From positions 160,518,001 to 160,582,000 of the forward strand of contig OX597814.1 of NCBI GenBank assembly GCA_951406725.2: DNA of 64,000 bases, in the 5' to 3' direction. The notes beneath the pieces were generated by a model. That model saw only the letters and a list, made by a program, of their open reading frames with translations, made no database searches and had not been told where the DNA came from. The DNA comes from Octopus vulgaris. Lineage: Eukaryota. A program made the translations under genes and the position numbers. Positions 46,380 through 60,115 of this stretch are shown here, one piece after another. Numbering within the stretch: position 1 is the stretch's first letter; every line of letters starts with the position of its first letter.

Positions 46380-47334
46380 TGATTCAATCATTCTTTCATT
46401 TTCATTTTCGTTCCTCCTTTTCTCTTTCCCTTTCACCATACACGCAATCTGTTCTCACTCATCCTTTCTCTCATCACACACACACACACATTTTATCTAT
46501 CTATCTATCAACCTCTCTCTCTCTCTCTATCTATCTATTTATCTATCTATCTATCTTCTTTCATTGCTTTTTCTCCCCACACCTTCACATTCTCTCCTAT
46601 TCGTCTTCACTCTGCAATTTTCTCAATCCTATTCTATGCCGCTAAATATATACCAGTCATACTAATCTATAAAAACTAAATACAACCTATAGCTAAGTAA
46701 AACGTTCCTCCATAGCAGATATTAACACTCCAAGATTAAAGTTCAGGCGAGCAGCAGAAGCAACTACCGTTGGTCGGTGAGGAAGCGAAAATGCAAAAGT
46801 AGATGATGAACGATTAATAAGTAATAAATACAGTAGCGAGGGATGATGCGGTGTGGTATGAGAGAAGAGTAAGCAACGAAGCTGGACAAGAGAGAGACAC
46901 AACGGTGAATATGATAGTGTACGGCAATTATTTTAACCTCGGGGAAGGTTTGTTATCCTGCAAGGTTGTTAGAACGCCTGTGGGTCGGTTATTTGCTCCA
47001 GGCGAGATGCGAGAATAGAACTGCGTCGAACGAATTGAAAAGCTCAGTTCTAAATAATCGTTGGCTGGTTCTTGGTCATTTTCTTCCTTATTTCTCTCCC
47101 CTCTCTTTCCTTCTCTCTCTCTCACTCTTCCTCTCTCTCTCTCTCTTTCTCTCTCACCACACACACACACACACACACATATTCACACATTCACATACAC
47201 ACATGCATATACACACACGTTTCTTAGTCTATCTGTATAGCTCACAGACACTTGCTCACGCGTGTATATATATATATATATATATACGCAAGCAAATATC
47301 CACGCAGAAGAATGGATATACACACACAAACACG

Positions 47335-47405
<71 letters not shown>

Positions 47406-48199
47406 ACACACAAACATACATACATACATACATACACAAACTCGCATACACACACACACAAACACACATACACAAACATGCAAACACGAAAACACGTATA
47501 CACACACACACACACGCGCAAACACGCAAACACACACACACACAAGCACGCAGACGCAAACATGCATACACACACACATATAAACACACACACGCACACA
47601 TTGAAGCAAACACACACACACACGCACACATACGCACCTGCTTTCACACACGCGCGCACATTACTGAGCCTCACACATCCAACCCATTCATATCTTCACT
47701 GCCAGTCCTCTTTTAATCAATATGTACAACTACAACATAAGATTGGGTATTTCCAGTTAATTTCCCCTCTAATCTCTTCCCCCACCCCGATCTCTTTTGT
47801 CTTACTGAATCAGATGGCTGTGGAGGCGGCGGCAAGGTTGGTGGTGGTATTGGTGGTAGTAGTGGTAGCGGTGGTGAGTGGGTGGTGACAACGTTTGTGA
47901 TGAATGCAGCTCCAATTCTCAATTCCCCAGCCGAAAGTATATTATTATTATTACAGCAGCAATTCTCGATACTGTAAAAACCTGTTATCAAATAAAAATG
48001 ATGTTTTCTGATTATGGTAACCTTGAATTGATTCTTATAGCAGCTTCATATAAGAAAGTCTTCGATCATATATCCTACTCTGCTGATTCAGCAGAACCAT
48101 GGTAGATCAACTAGGAAGAGAGAGAGAGTGAGAGAGTGAGAGAGTGAGAGAGTGAGGGAGAGAGTTATAAAGATAGAAATACATGAAATACAGTAATGG

Positions 48200-48274
<75 letters not shown>

Positions 48275-48327
48275 AGATCGTTAGCTCCTTGTTTCTCCTT
48301 GTTTCTCTCCTTGTTTTTTTCTGTGTA

Positions 48328-48365
48328 TCTTTCTGTCGAAGAGCGTAGGCTCGAAACGTAAAAGA
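48328..48365 (+). ncRNA. Minimal hammerhead-like motif with variant core CUGUCGA
   Basis: UCUUU-CUGUCGA-A-GAGC(guag)GCUC-GAAAC-GUA-AAAGA: perfect stems I and II. Siblings at 36239-36276(-) and 14869-14905(-). Confidence 0.6.
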
Positions 48366-48463
48366 CTTTTTCTATTTCTATTCATGAGCGCTATACTAAT
48401 ACATTTGTTTGTTTGTACACCACCTGCCTTCGTCTTTTGTTTATTTTCGTAAACTTTCCCGTT

Positions 48464-48503
<40 letters not shown>

Positions 48504-48534
48504 ATACATACACATACATGAAGTACTGTAATGA

Positions 48535-48569
<35 letters not shown>

Positions 48570-48572
48570 TAG

Positions 48573-48607
<35 letters not shown>

Positions 48608-49122
48608 TGTATATTAAAGGGAAAAGTTCAAGCACCATGGTTGAATGGTTAAGGAGTTTTTCTCCGTAATTATGGGGTCCCGTAAGCGATCCCGAAAACT
48701 CAGGACGACTAAATCGTTAGTGAATTTTTATATATAAGGAAACAATGTAGAAATCAATCGGATAGACAAGTATACCTGTAACTGGAAAAAGCTAGCGACC
48801 AAAAGTTACTCAAATAATACAAGACTTTGAGTAAAACCATCTGAAGCCGCTGAGATCCGCTCAGTAAATTTTCCGATAGAATAGTTTGTAACTTGAGTGC
48901 TAACAAGAGAATACTTGGCAGAGAGGGAATTTCAAAGTATAGACATATTGTATATATACATACATACGTATATGAATATAAAGATATATATTATATTATA
49001 TACACATACGTATATATACATATATACATATATACATTATATATATATATACATATAGATATGTATATATTTACTCATATATACACGACTATATATATAT
49101 GTATACATACATGTATACATAC

Positions 49123-49154
<32 letters not shown>

Positions 49155-49291
49155 GTATGTATATATATATATAAGTAGGTGAATGAATTATCCTAGTATT
49201 GATAATTCGGTTAACCGATACCTGTGTAGCAAATTCACGTCAGAATTAAAGGAATTGTGTTATAATCCTCGTTCGACTCCATTCTTTTATT

Positions 49292-49391
<100 letters not shown>

Positions 49392-49416
49392 GAGAGATAC
49401 ACACATATACATACAT

Positions 49417-49721
49417 GGCCCGGTCGTTAGGGCAGCGGACTTGCGGCCGTAGGATCGCGGTTTCGATTCCCAGACCGGGCGTTGTGTGTGTTTATTGAGC
49501 GAAAAAACACCTAAGAAGCTCCACGAGGCTCCGGCAGGGGGTGGTGGCGATCCCTGCTGTACTCTTTCGCCACAACTTTCTCTCACACTTTCTTCTGTTG
49601 GCCTGCTCACTTAGCCACCGGGGTGGCGTCATTTGAAGGCTAAAACAATGCGAAGCGCATTGTGACCAGCGATGTGTAGCAACATCTGATAGCCTGGTCG
49701 GTCACGGTGGTCACGGTGATC

Positions 49722-49722
<1 letters not shown>
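49417..49722 (+). mobile_element. tRNA-derived SINE family C, near full length
   Basis: tRNA-like head ggcccggtcgttagggcagcggac...ggtttcgattccc. The 3' part gcgcattgtgaccagcgatgt...ctggtcggtcacg recurs at 34680-34800(+), 51685-51800(-) and 8228-8300(-). Confidence 0.78.
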
Positions 49723-49754
<32 letters not shown>

Positions 49755-49918
49755 TGTATGTATGTATAAGAGATATGTAAGTGCTACGGAAGGACTGCTG
49801 TTAGACACCCGGTTCGATAATAATATGAGTGAAGAGTCCAACGCAGGTCGTATGTGAACGTGTATATGTTGAATAAAATGAGACAAAAAAACCAAGGCAA
49901 TTAATAAAGGGAGAGATA

Positions 49919-49966
49919 GTCTTACAGCTGTTTCAGTGATATAAATGACATACCATCATCAGTGAC
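49919..49966 (-). ncRNA. Minimal type-I hammerhead ribozyme-like motif in a Penelope-like remnant
   Basis: GUCA-CUGAUGA-UGGUAUG(ucauu)UAUAUCA-cu-GAAAC-agcu-GUA-AGAC with palindromic ACAGCUGU. Decayed siblings at 35075-35123 and 37449-37496. Confidence 0.65.
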
Positions 49967-50286
49967 GATATGAGAAAGTTAGACAGAAGGAAATGGTAGC
50001 GTTCAATAAGAGAGAAATATAGGAAGTATAAAGGAAAATATGAGAATAAAAATTGAAATATATGTTGGATGTTACAGTTGCAATTCCATTATCCAAGGAA
50101 TGTGCTATGAAGAATGGGTAAAGTGGTTTCTTGTCCATGGTATGTAAATTCCGATAGGAGTTCATATTTAGTTATTATAAATGGATAGTGTGTAGATATT
50201 ACTTCCATGTGCTATTCATTCAAAGGGATCTTGTAATGTAAATGAAATTTTGAGAATATACCGGTAAGAGGAAGTATATATATATA

Positions 50287-50532
50287 TAACTTAGAATAAC
50301 TTAGAAAGATTTTGGCCAGTACTTGCCATGTCTGACTTAATAGCACCACCTGGCGAAGTCTTTCAATTCAGGATTTGGGCACCAAGGCCCATTCGAGAAG
50401 AGAGTTATTGTTTGTGGAGGCATATCCGGGTGTGGGTAGTTTGTCCGGGACTACTTGGAGGAATTTGGCCAAAGACTTCTTGAATTTTGTGTGGTCAGTT
50501 TCTGTTTTGACGTGCCCTGGTGTAATGTTTTA
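50287..50532 (-). mobile_element. 5'-truncated CR1/L2-like LINE 3' end
   Basis: Minus strand encodes NITPGHVKTETDHTKFKKSLAKFLQVVPDKLPTPGYASTNNNSLLEW, then a 3' UTR caggtggtgcta...agacatggc and a tandem tctaagtta tail running into (TA)n. Confidence 0.7.
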
Positions 50533-50887
50533 GCATTAATAAATCTCTGAACGAGATATAGATATATAAAACATTACACCAGGGCACGTCAAAAAAAAAA
50601 CTGACCACACATATATATATATATATATATATTTATTCTTTTATTCTTTTATTCTTTTATGTTTCGGTCATGAGGGTGTGACCATACTGGTATATCACAT
50701 ATACCATATATATGTTCATTTGGTTGATAGAGTCGTTAGCGCGCCGGTTAAAATGCCTCGCGATATTTGTTTCCAATTCGAAATTCAAACCTTGCAATCC
50801 AAACTTCTCTAAGTGTTAGACTTAATTCGTTACCCAGTTTAGCATCAAAACCACAACCGTCTAGCACTTTCAGTGTCTCCACCGAGT

Positions 50888-50947
<60 letters not shown>

Positions 50948-51227
50948 ACTCTCTCTCCCTCCCTTTTCCCTGTCTCTCTCTCCCTCTCTCACACACGCGT
51001 ATGCATGTATACACACACATATATATATGGATGTATATATATATATGTATATATATGTATGTATATATATATATTTACAAATAAATGTGTGTATGTGTAT
51101 ATATATAGAGAGGTATATAATCATGTGTCTACATATAAAAGGATATAAACATCTGTCAATATATGTGTATACATATATGTATATATATAGTTATGTATAT
51201 ATGTATACATATATATATATGTGTGTG

Positions 51228-51264
<37 letters not shown>

Positions 51265-51424
51265 GTATATATATATATATATATATATAAATACATATAT
51301 GTATATATATATAATATATATATATATGTATGTGTGTGTATGTGTGTGTGTGTGTATGTGTATGCATATATATATAGGGACAACGTGATGACACTGGAAA
51401 GAAGGCTAAGTAATGAACGTCATT

Positions 51425-51505
51425 AGCTTACAGTTGTTTCTACAATAAGATGTCGTGGAGTGTTAGTTAAGTCCCTGGGCAACATCCTATAGCTTCATCA
51501 GAGCC
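51425..51505 (-). ncRNA. Type-I hammerhead ribozyme-like motif with long stem II
   Basis: GGCU-CUGAUGA-agcu-AUAGGAUGUUG(24-nt loop)CGACAUCUUAU-ugua-GAAAC-aacu-GUA-AGCU: intact core boxes and an 11-bp helix. Confidence 0.68.
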
Positions 51506-52318
51506 TATAATATAAAGTGCATTTAATTTGGGGAAAATACATTTTGAGAATATACAAATGTTCGGTGTGAGAAAATTAATGTTGATGCCTATGGAAATAT
51601 CTCTCCAAATGTGTGTATACTCACACACACACACACACACACACACAGATACAAACACGTGTGTGTGCATATATATATATATCGCGTGATCACGTGATTG
51701 ACCAGACTATTGCATGTCGTTATACATCGCTGGTCACAATGTGGTTCGCTTCGTTTTAGCTTTCGAATAATGCCATCCTGTTGGCTAGGCGAACAGGCCT
51801 GTATATTACACGACTAATATACACGTATGTGTGCATCATCTACAGTTTATTGAAAGTGAATGTTTATCTCGCAAAATTAAGATGCAAATGTGTGCATTTG
51901 TGTGAGTACGTATGTGTGCGTATGTGTGAACGCATATATACTTATATATATATATATAATATAAATATATGTCTATATATAAGTATACATACATATGAAT
52001 GTATAATTATATATGCATGTGTTCATGTGTCTATGTTTGTATATTTACACGTGTATATATAGATAGAGAGAGTGAGAGAGGGATCATTACTATATATGTG
52101 CGCTTGCATTAACATGTATTAAGCCCCTTATAAATATGTGTCTAAAGGTAATAGTATAGTTATGTGCAGAACCTGGCTTCATGCAAGTTTTTAAATACAT
52201 AATTTCGATGTTAGTAGAAGTATAACATTATTAGAAATGGTCGTGAAAGAACGGTTTTATTATTCTACAATATTTTAAATTCTTAGTTAACTTATGAATA
52301 AACGCGTATACATGGTAC

Positions 52319-52379
<61 letters not shown>

Positions 52380-52497
52380 TACATATATACATATATATAT
52401 ACATGTATATGTATATATATATACATGATACATATATACATATATACATATATATATATATATACATATACATGCACATAATATACATATGTATGTG

Positions 52498-52542
<45 letters not shown>

Positions 52543-52597
52543 TTTATGTATGTATATGTATATATATGTTTACATGCATATATATGCATGTATGTAT

Positions 52598-52635
<38 letters not shown>

Positions 52636-53054
52636 ATGTATATACATATATATATACATATACATATACATATGTATATGTATATGTATATACATATATA
52701 TATATATATACACATATACATATATATATGTATATGTATATGTATATATGTATATGTGTATATATATACACATACATAAATGGAAGTATATATATATATT
52801 TATATATATAATATACTATATTATACTATACTATACTATACTATACTATGATGCACTATACTATACTGCACTCTGTAATATACAATACTATACAAATCTC
52901 TTATGATAGATGCATGGCTAGATATTTTATAAACTATTAAATTTGAAGCATTACTAATATATATATATGAATAATTAAATATATATATTTATATGTTTAT
53001 ATATATTTATGTATATAAATGTTCATATATATTTATGTACATATATGTATGTAT

Positions 53055-53118
<64 letters not shown>

Positions 53119-53382
53119 CGACCTATCATATATATAGACATTTATATATGTACGTATTTATATATTCATATATAGACCTATCTATATGTATTGATATATA
53201 TATGCACATATATATATACATATATATATACACATTTATATATTTTGCATATATATATATACATATATATATACATGTATATATTATATATTTATATTAT
53301 TTTATACATATATATATATGTATATCTGTATATATATATTATATATTCATATATATGTATATATATACATCTTTATATATAC

Positions 53383-53453
<71 letters not shown>

Positions 53454-53548
53454 CATATATTTTAATATATACACACGTACATACATATCTGTATTTCACT
53501 TGTCACAAACGAGTCATATTTATTTTTGTTCTCTTCTCTTCCTTGCAG

Positions 53549-53613
53549 GTCCACCGTCACTTTGGGCGAGTGAATCGGACAGTCAACATAGTGACAATTA
53601 TCCATCGGAATAG
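53549..53613 (+). CDS. Awh: Probable terminal coding exon of the Awh-class gene ([21 protein letters not shown])
   Basis: Strong acceptor (ttgttctcttctcttccttgcag ending 53548), phase 1 matching the donor at 25516, stop TAG at 53611-53613, followed by unique UTR-like sequence. No domain homology supports it, so the assignment is inferred from splice signals. Confidence 0.65.
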
Positions 53614-55123
53614 ATGGACTTTCATCATGGATTCACCACTTCCTCCGACTCTAAGGATAACTTGGCGTTGCTCCCCTTCGGCTGTTACTACTGTTGCTGC
53701 TGCTGCTACTGATACGTTTCTACCTCTCTATATTTCCACCATCGACTTTAACACTTTGGTGGCGGCCATTAAACATACCACAGACATTTTCAGGGTGATT
53801 ATACGTTTATCATCATAATGAACATCATTATTATCATCAACATCAAATACGGTGATAACAACAGCAGTTTTCTTTCTTCTTTTTTCGGAAAGGAACATAT
53901 CAACCTAAGCCAGAAGTATAGTATAAGCAACAAACATGGTTAAATGCGTCACGAAGTTAAGCAGGTTCTATCTGTGAGACATTGAACTGAGGTAACGTTC
54001 CTGGGTTAACGACGAAATTTGGTGCTGTTTCTCTGCTGTCCGACCCATTTTCATCATTGTTTAAACCTTCAGCGTCATTTTCTCCTTATTTTAACGCCTG
54101 TCAAAAAAAAAAAAAAAAACAGTCCCTAAAAACGACCTTCGACTCTCGCAACACATTTGTCTTACTATAATAGACGTAGCATTTACACACACGTACATAC
54201 ACGCATACGGAATACATTCACACACGTACAAGTACACATCATTTTACATACATTTGTCTGTATACATTGCTGCATGTTACACTGAAACACGAGCGCAAAT
54301 TACTAATATATATATATATATATAAAGGGAGATAGAGAGAGAGAGAGAAAGAGAGAGAGAGAAATCCATATCTGGTAAACAGCAGAGATAACAATTTCAA
54401 CATTATTACTGTGTTTTGTTGTATGTACATATCGTAAAACCAAAAATCGTCGTTGGAATTTACCAAAAAAAAAAAGAAAAAGAAAATAGAAGGTTCTATC
54501 AGAAGCCGATTCTATCTTCTGGGAGTTATTTATTTGTTGTGATGATAAGAGATCAAGAGAGAGAGACAAAAGAAGAAAAAAAACATCAACAGCAATGTTT
54601 TGTGTTCTCAAAAGCCTAACATTGAACAGAAAATTAAAATAAACATGCCCTTTATCCTTTGGATGGCAATGGTATCTTTAATCATGACCAATGGTTGCTC
54701 GAGTATATTTTTTATCGTCATGGAAAAAATAAAAAGATAATTCAAGAAAACTGGAAAAAAAAATATATAAACAAAATATAAGAGCTATGCCTGGTTAAAA
54801 CAAGAAGAAAAAAAACAACCAAATCTGCCGAGGAATAACTCCCACTCCACCCACCCCCCACACACACATACATATATATGTATACCCAAACTCAATTCTA
54901 TATTTCTGAAAATTCTATTTTCAGAATATAATTTTTAAAAAACACAAAATGCTCGTGACTGTTCGTTTTTATTTTATTTATTCTTTTTTTTTTTTTTTTC
55001 AATGTTTTGACGCATAACGAAAAAATAAAAAGGCAAAAAGACTGATAAAGAAGTTAGACGAGACTGAACTGGGTCAATGGTACCTTTCTAAAAGGAAACT
55101 ATTTCAATAAATATCAAAATAAA
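53614..55123 (+). other. Putative 3' UTR with candidate AATAAA polyadenylation signals (54638, 54728, 55024, 55106, 55118)
   Basis: Largely SINE-free, A/U-rich stretch directly after the stop codon with several AATAAA hexamers. The true end is unknown. Confidence 0.4.
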
Positions 55124-55744
55124 AAAACAAAAAAACTATTGATAGATTTTTTCAAGTATAATAATACTACTACTACTGCTACAACTATTACTACTACTAC
55201 TCCTACTACGACTACATCAATTGGTCGGAAAATGTTTTGCAGCACATGGATCAATGAAATGCTTATTATAAAACATAGGCACAACGATGTCTTCATGCAA
55301 ACTTAGCGTTGGTCAGAGGACGCCTCCCCATCCCAGGACAGGTTGAAAACATTGTATTAACAACCAAACTGGGTAAAAGATAATTATATAACAAAGAATG
55401 TGTTTACCTCATTTTCTTTTTTTCTATTCTGTCTAGGTCATGGTTATTTGTGGTTAGTGTCAGGATACACAGCAAGGTGTGTCGAACAATATGTATGTCT
55501 ATAGGGAATGATTCAAAAAAACTTATTTATTCATATTTATTTAAATTGCTGTTATTTAACACCTTGTTAGAGCTTGTTCACCTATTAAATTTAAAACATC
55601 CTATGTGCGTATGTATGTATGTATGCGTATGTATGTGTTTGTATGTATCAGTATCCATATATGCGTATGTGTGTTTGCATATATTTATATACATATATAT
55701 ACACACCCACATATATGCATATATATATGTATGTACACACACAT

Positions 55745-55775
<31 letters not shown>

Positions 55776-56437
55776 CTTATATAAATGCATATACACATAC
55801 GCATATATAAGTACATATGTAAATATATATACACACATGCACATGTAAACATATACATACCTACATATATATACATATACATGTATCCAAATATATATAT
55901 GTACATATATATATGCACACATATATGTACGAGCATAAATATATATATACACACATATATGTGTGTGTTTGTGTGTGTGTGTGTGCATACATACATATAC
56001 GTACTTATATATTACGTATCTTTCCAAATATAAATACATGTATACATGTATATATATATGCATACATATGTGTATATTCAACTGTGTGTGTGTATGTGTG
56101 TGTGAGTGTGTGTGAGTGACTGCGATCGTGCGTATATGTGTTTCTATTTGTGTATGTGAATATATGTTCAGATGAAGCCTTCTGCAGTTACTTAAAGTTT
56201 TGCAATCAGTCAAATGGCCACGCTGAACGACAATAAAAAAAAATACCTTAAAAACAAGATAGCGCTGGTTTAACACTGATAACATGACTTAATTCTAAAG
56301 TGTGATAATTCTCCACTCAGAAATACATATTTTTCTTTAGTGGGGACAATTATATGTGGCTTTAATGGGAAAGTGTATATCTAGGTTAGATATAAACTGT
56401 TTTGCGAGTTAAGTTTCTTTGTACCTCCTATATTGCA

Positions 56438-56631
56438 TACGAGGTCTGATCAATAACACCTTCCTTCTAAGCACTGCTGTAAACAGCGAAGTGAGCTAGA
56501 ACGTTAAAACTTAGTGCGCATGCCCAGCAGAGTTCAAGGTCAGTTTTTGCCCTGCGGCGTCTCTCTGGTGCTTTAACTTCGTTACTATGGCAACAGTCGT
56601 GATTCGTGATACGTATTGATCAGACCACGTA
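56438..56631. mobile_element. Mariner-type MITE
   Basis: Inverted ends tacgaggtctgatcaata / tattgatcagaccacgta match at 17/18 including the flanking TA dinucleotides. Confidence 0.75.
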
Positions 56632-56907
56632 TGGCACACACGAACACATTTTTAAGTGGGTTATTGTACTTGAGTCGATATGTAGCTAAAATTTCATTTT
56701 GGTTTTTCGCACCAAATTACTTGCTGCTGCATGTGTTGGCTGTAGTTGGAAAATCTACTCGTGCATTGAGATACGACGAGAAGAGTTCTTCTTTCCTGGT
56801 ATAGTCGGGTAATGTCAGAATCTTGCTTTTTCAGTTGCACAGTTGACATTGGATCTCGTTACAGTTGTATGCCTTTACCTTTGCAGCAATACTCCATTTT
56901 ATTATAG

Positions 56908-57740
56908 AATCGCTATCTCCGATGTTTTTTACAAACGAAATGTATCTCGAAAGGTACGTGAGAGCGCACTCATATCTGGATCTAAACGATTAGGTATGTT
57001 GTGTGTAACTTGTTATAAAAGCATTCTCGGTTAACCTGATTTACGACTTCCCAATGTATCTACCAATTTTAATATACTATTTCTTTATACTATTCTGTAT
57101 ACTATTTCTAACTAAAGATCACACAGTCGTATCTATACAATTACATTTATATTTGATAGAGGAGTGTTTATAGATTTTTGGTTATCGTTAGAAATCTTTT
57201 ATCATATGTTACCCATAAACCATAGCCAGGCTTAACAGAAATTTTGTTGAAGATTTCGTAATGTACTAATCCGCATAAGGAAATCATTGCAACATTTGTG
57301 GGTACATTTAAACTATCAAGGGGTTAAACTATACAAATTTCTTAATTTTTACGACTCACTGTTCTGTTTTAATTAATGAAACGATGAGGTCTCAGCATCG
57401 TCATCAATTAAGACTTGTTTTTCATTATAGTGCAGCGTAGCCGTCTGATAGATAGTTCATTCAAAATACTTGAGGTAACGACAAAAGGCATTAGCTGAAT
57501 AAATATAATTATACTCTACACCAAATATTGAGTAATTTTTGTTTGTTATAGACAACGTACACGTATACATGCAAGAGTGTTTATGTGTCTGTGTGAAAGT
57601 ACATATTTATAGATAACATTAATATACTAATACACACTCGTATATGCATACACATGCATCAATTTACATATTCATATACACATACAGAACTCGCCAACCT
57701 CCAGAAAATATGAAAACACATATATATATAAATAGACACA

Positions 57741-57784
<44 letters not shown>

Positions 57785-58183
57785 CATACAGTATATATAT
57801 ATGTGTGTGTGCTTTCCACAGTATGCGCATACAGACACTATATTGGTTGAAGTCATCGTTTTTCGTTTTCCTGTTTTTCATGTTATCATTTTATGGTCTA
57901 CCACAACAATACTGTTTTGTCAACAAAGTAACAATTCTTAAAGTTTCTAAAAGACGACGTTGATATGAGAAATAAAATATATTCTAAAAGGACCGAAATT
58001 CAAACGAATGCTATACCAAATGGCGTATTATTCATTTTTAGCTTTCATTTTACACCTTTACTCCTTGTGATCTGTAAAACAAATCGCTTTCTCCGATGTC
58101 TTTTACAAACCAAATGTATCTCGAAAGGTACGAGAGGATGCATTCATATCTGGATCTAAACAAATAGGCATGTTGTGTTTAAC
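56908..58183 (+). repeat. ~100-bp diverged direct repeat: 56908-57009 and 58082-58183
   Basis: Shared aatcgct.tctccgatgt.ttttacaaac.aaatgtatctcgaaaggtacg...catatctggatctaaac. Confidence 0.8.
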
Positions 58184-58626
58184 ATTCCAAATCAAACGAT
58201 TTTTATACATTCCAATGACAGAATTTCTTCGTAGCAGCTACATTTTTTTAACACATCCTATTGTTTTATAAATAAAGACTTAGGTACACCAAAAACGAAA
58301 TAGTCAATACTGGGACGCCTTTAATAATAGCTCTGCTCGATTGGGGTTGAGTGATGTTAATCAACAGATTTATGCACCAGCCGATGAGGAAGCGTCTATG
58401 GATATCTCTTGACCTGCAGAGATAGCAACCAAATCTCTTGTAAATTACGTTCTGTTCGAAAAAATAAATGAGAGATAAAAATGTATTATACCCGGAGAAA
58501 CAAGAGCAAGATGGTTTCATTTGGAATACTTTTTATCACAGCTCTGATGGATAAAGACTGATTCGGAGTAAATAATAGCGTTAAAGTACTGTTTATGATA
58601 TGACCTTCTCCATCGAGGATGGTCTA

Positions 58627-58739
58627 TAGCATGGGCAACCTTTTTCGAGAAGCGGACTGCATGATACATGGCTCATCCTCAATTTTTCGTTAGAAGTACC
58701 CTTCAGAAATTCCCATGGGCCGCAGGCTGCCCATGACTA
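58627..58739. mobile_element. Small hAT/Charlie-like MITE
   Basis: Inverted ends tagcatgggcaacct / aggctgcccatgacta with a subterminal gggccgca motif. Confidence 0.5.
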
Positions 58740-58907
58740 AGGTGTTAACAATAACAACAAAAGTTTTACAACCTTACAAATTTCTTCTTTCTTTGATCTT
58801 TTCTCTTGACCAATTCTTTATATTGTAATCCCTCGCTTCCTTTTCCTCTCTATTTCTCTCCCTCTCTGTATCTTTTTATATCTCTCTCCTCTTCCCCCTC
58901 CTCTCTC

Positions 58908-58952
<45 letters not shown>

Positions 58953-59159
58953 ACTGAAGAGTGACTTCAACAAATGAGATTGTGTTTCTCATCTGAAAAT
59001 CGTCAGTAACTTACGTACATTGAGGCAGGTTCCTTCCGCTAATGTCTTATACAGCAAGGTGTCACATCTTGGTTTGACATATAAAAGAAAATTGACTTAT
59101 GAAATATTTGAATAAATCTTTATTGGAAAGATTGTAATATCATATTCGTAAATAATATC

Positions 59160-60115
59160 CCTTTCTGTTATAGGCACAAGGCCTGAAATTTGATGTGGGA
59201 GAGCTACTCGATTACATCGAATGATACTTATTTCATCGACCCCGAAAGGAGAAAATGCAAAGTCGATCTCGGCGGAATTTGAACTCAGAACGTAACGGTA
59301 GACGAAAGGTCGCAAAGCATTTCGCCCAGCATGCTAACGTTTCTGCCAGTTCGCCACCTTAAAAAAAATCATTACAACGAAGAAATATTCTTTTCTACCC
59401 TAGGCACAAGGACCGAAATTTGGTAGGGGGGGGCAGTCGATTATGTATGTAGCTGGTACTTAATTTATCGACCCCGAAAGGAAAAAATGCAAAGTCGGCC
59501 ACGGTGGAATTTGTGCTCAGAACGTAAAAACGGACGAAATGCCGTGCAGCAATTTTGTCTGCAAGGGCTAATATTTCTACAGCTCACTTCCTTTTTTTAA
59601 AACAATAATTTAAGCTAGAAAGCTAAAAAAAAAAGAAAAAAAGAAAAGATATGGACTGTTGGAAATTGAACTTCGAATATCTTGCTTACCAGACAAATGT
59701 GTTCCCATTTATTTTATCTAAATATCTGTCTTTCTTCCACTGGTTCCTGTCACTCATCACAAAACTTCTTTTAGATTTCGTTAGGGAATAAGATTTCACG
59801 TCTTCTGAATTTAGAGGATATTGCTAATGAGGATATTAAGAGGATATTACTAAAAGATTATCCACAACACAGTGGCGACCTTAATATATATATTCTCTAA
59901 TCAAGGTAGCGAGCTGTCTCAAACGTTAGCACGCCGGGCTAAATACATAGCGGCATTTCGTCCGTCTTTGCGTTCTGACTTGAAATTCTGCCGAGGTCGA
60001 CTTTGTCTTTTATCCTTTCGACGTTGATAAGTTAAGTTACCAGCTGAGCTCTGGAATCAATATAATTGATTTATCCCTCCTCCGAAATTGTTGGCGTTGT
60101 GCCAAAATTTGAACC
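59160..60115. mobile_element. SINE family B cluster: two minus copies (59160-59360, 59390-59585) and one plus copy (59905-60115)
   Basis: Matches to the family B unit in both orientations. Confidence 0.8.

Noticed and set aside
45884-46645. Longest ORF (253 aa) with hydrophobic stretches
   Set aside because: Composed of (TG)n, poly-T and (CT)n tracts, so it is a stop-poor low-complexity artefact.
49417-49480. tRNA gene-like sequences (also ~256-320 and ~19070-19125)
   Set aside because: No complete cloverleaf or acceptor stem. They continue into SINE bodies, so they are SINE heads.
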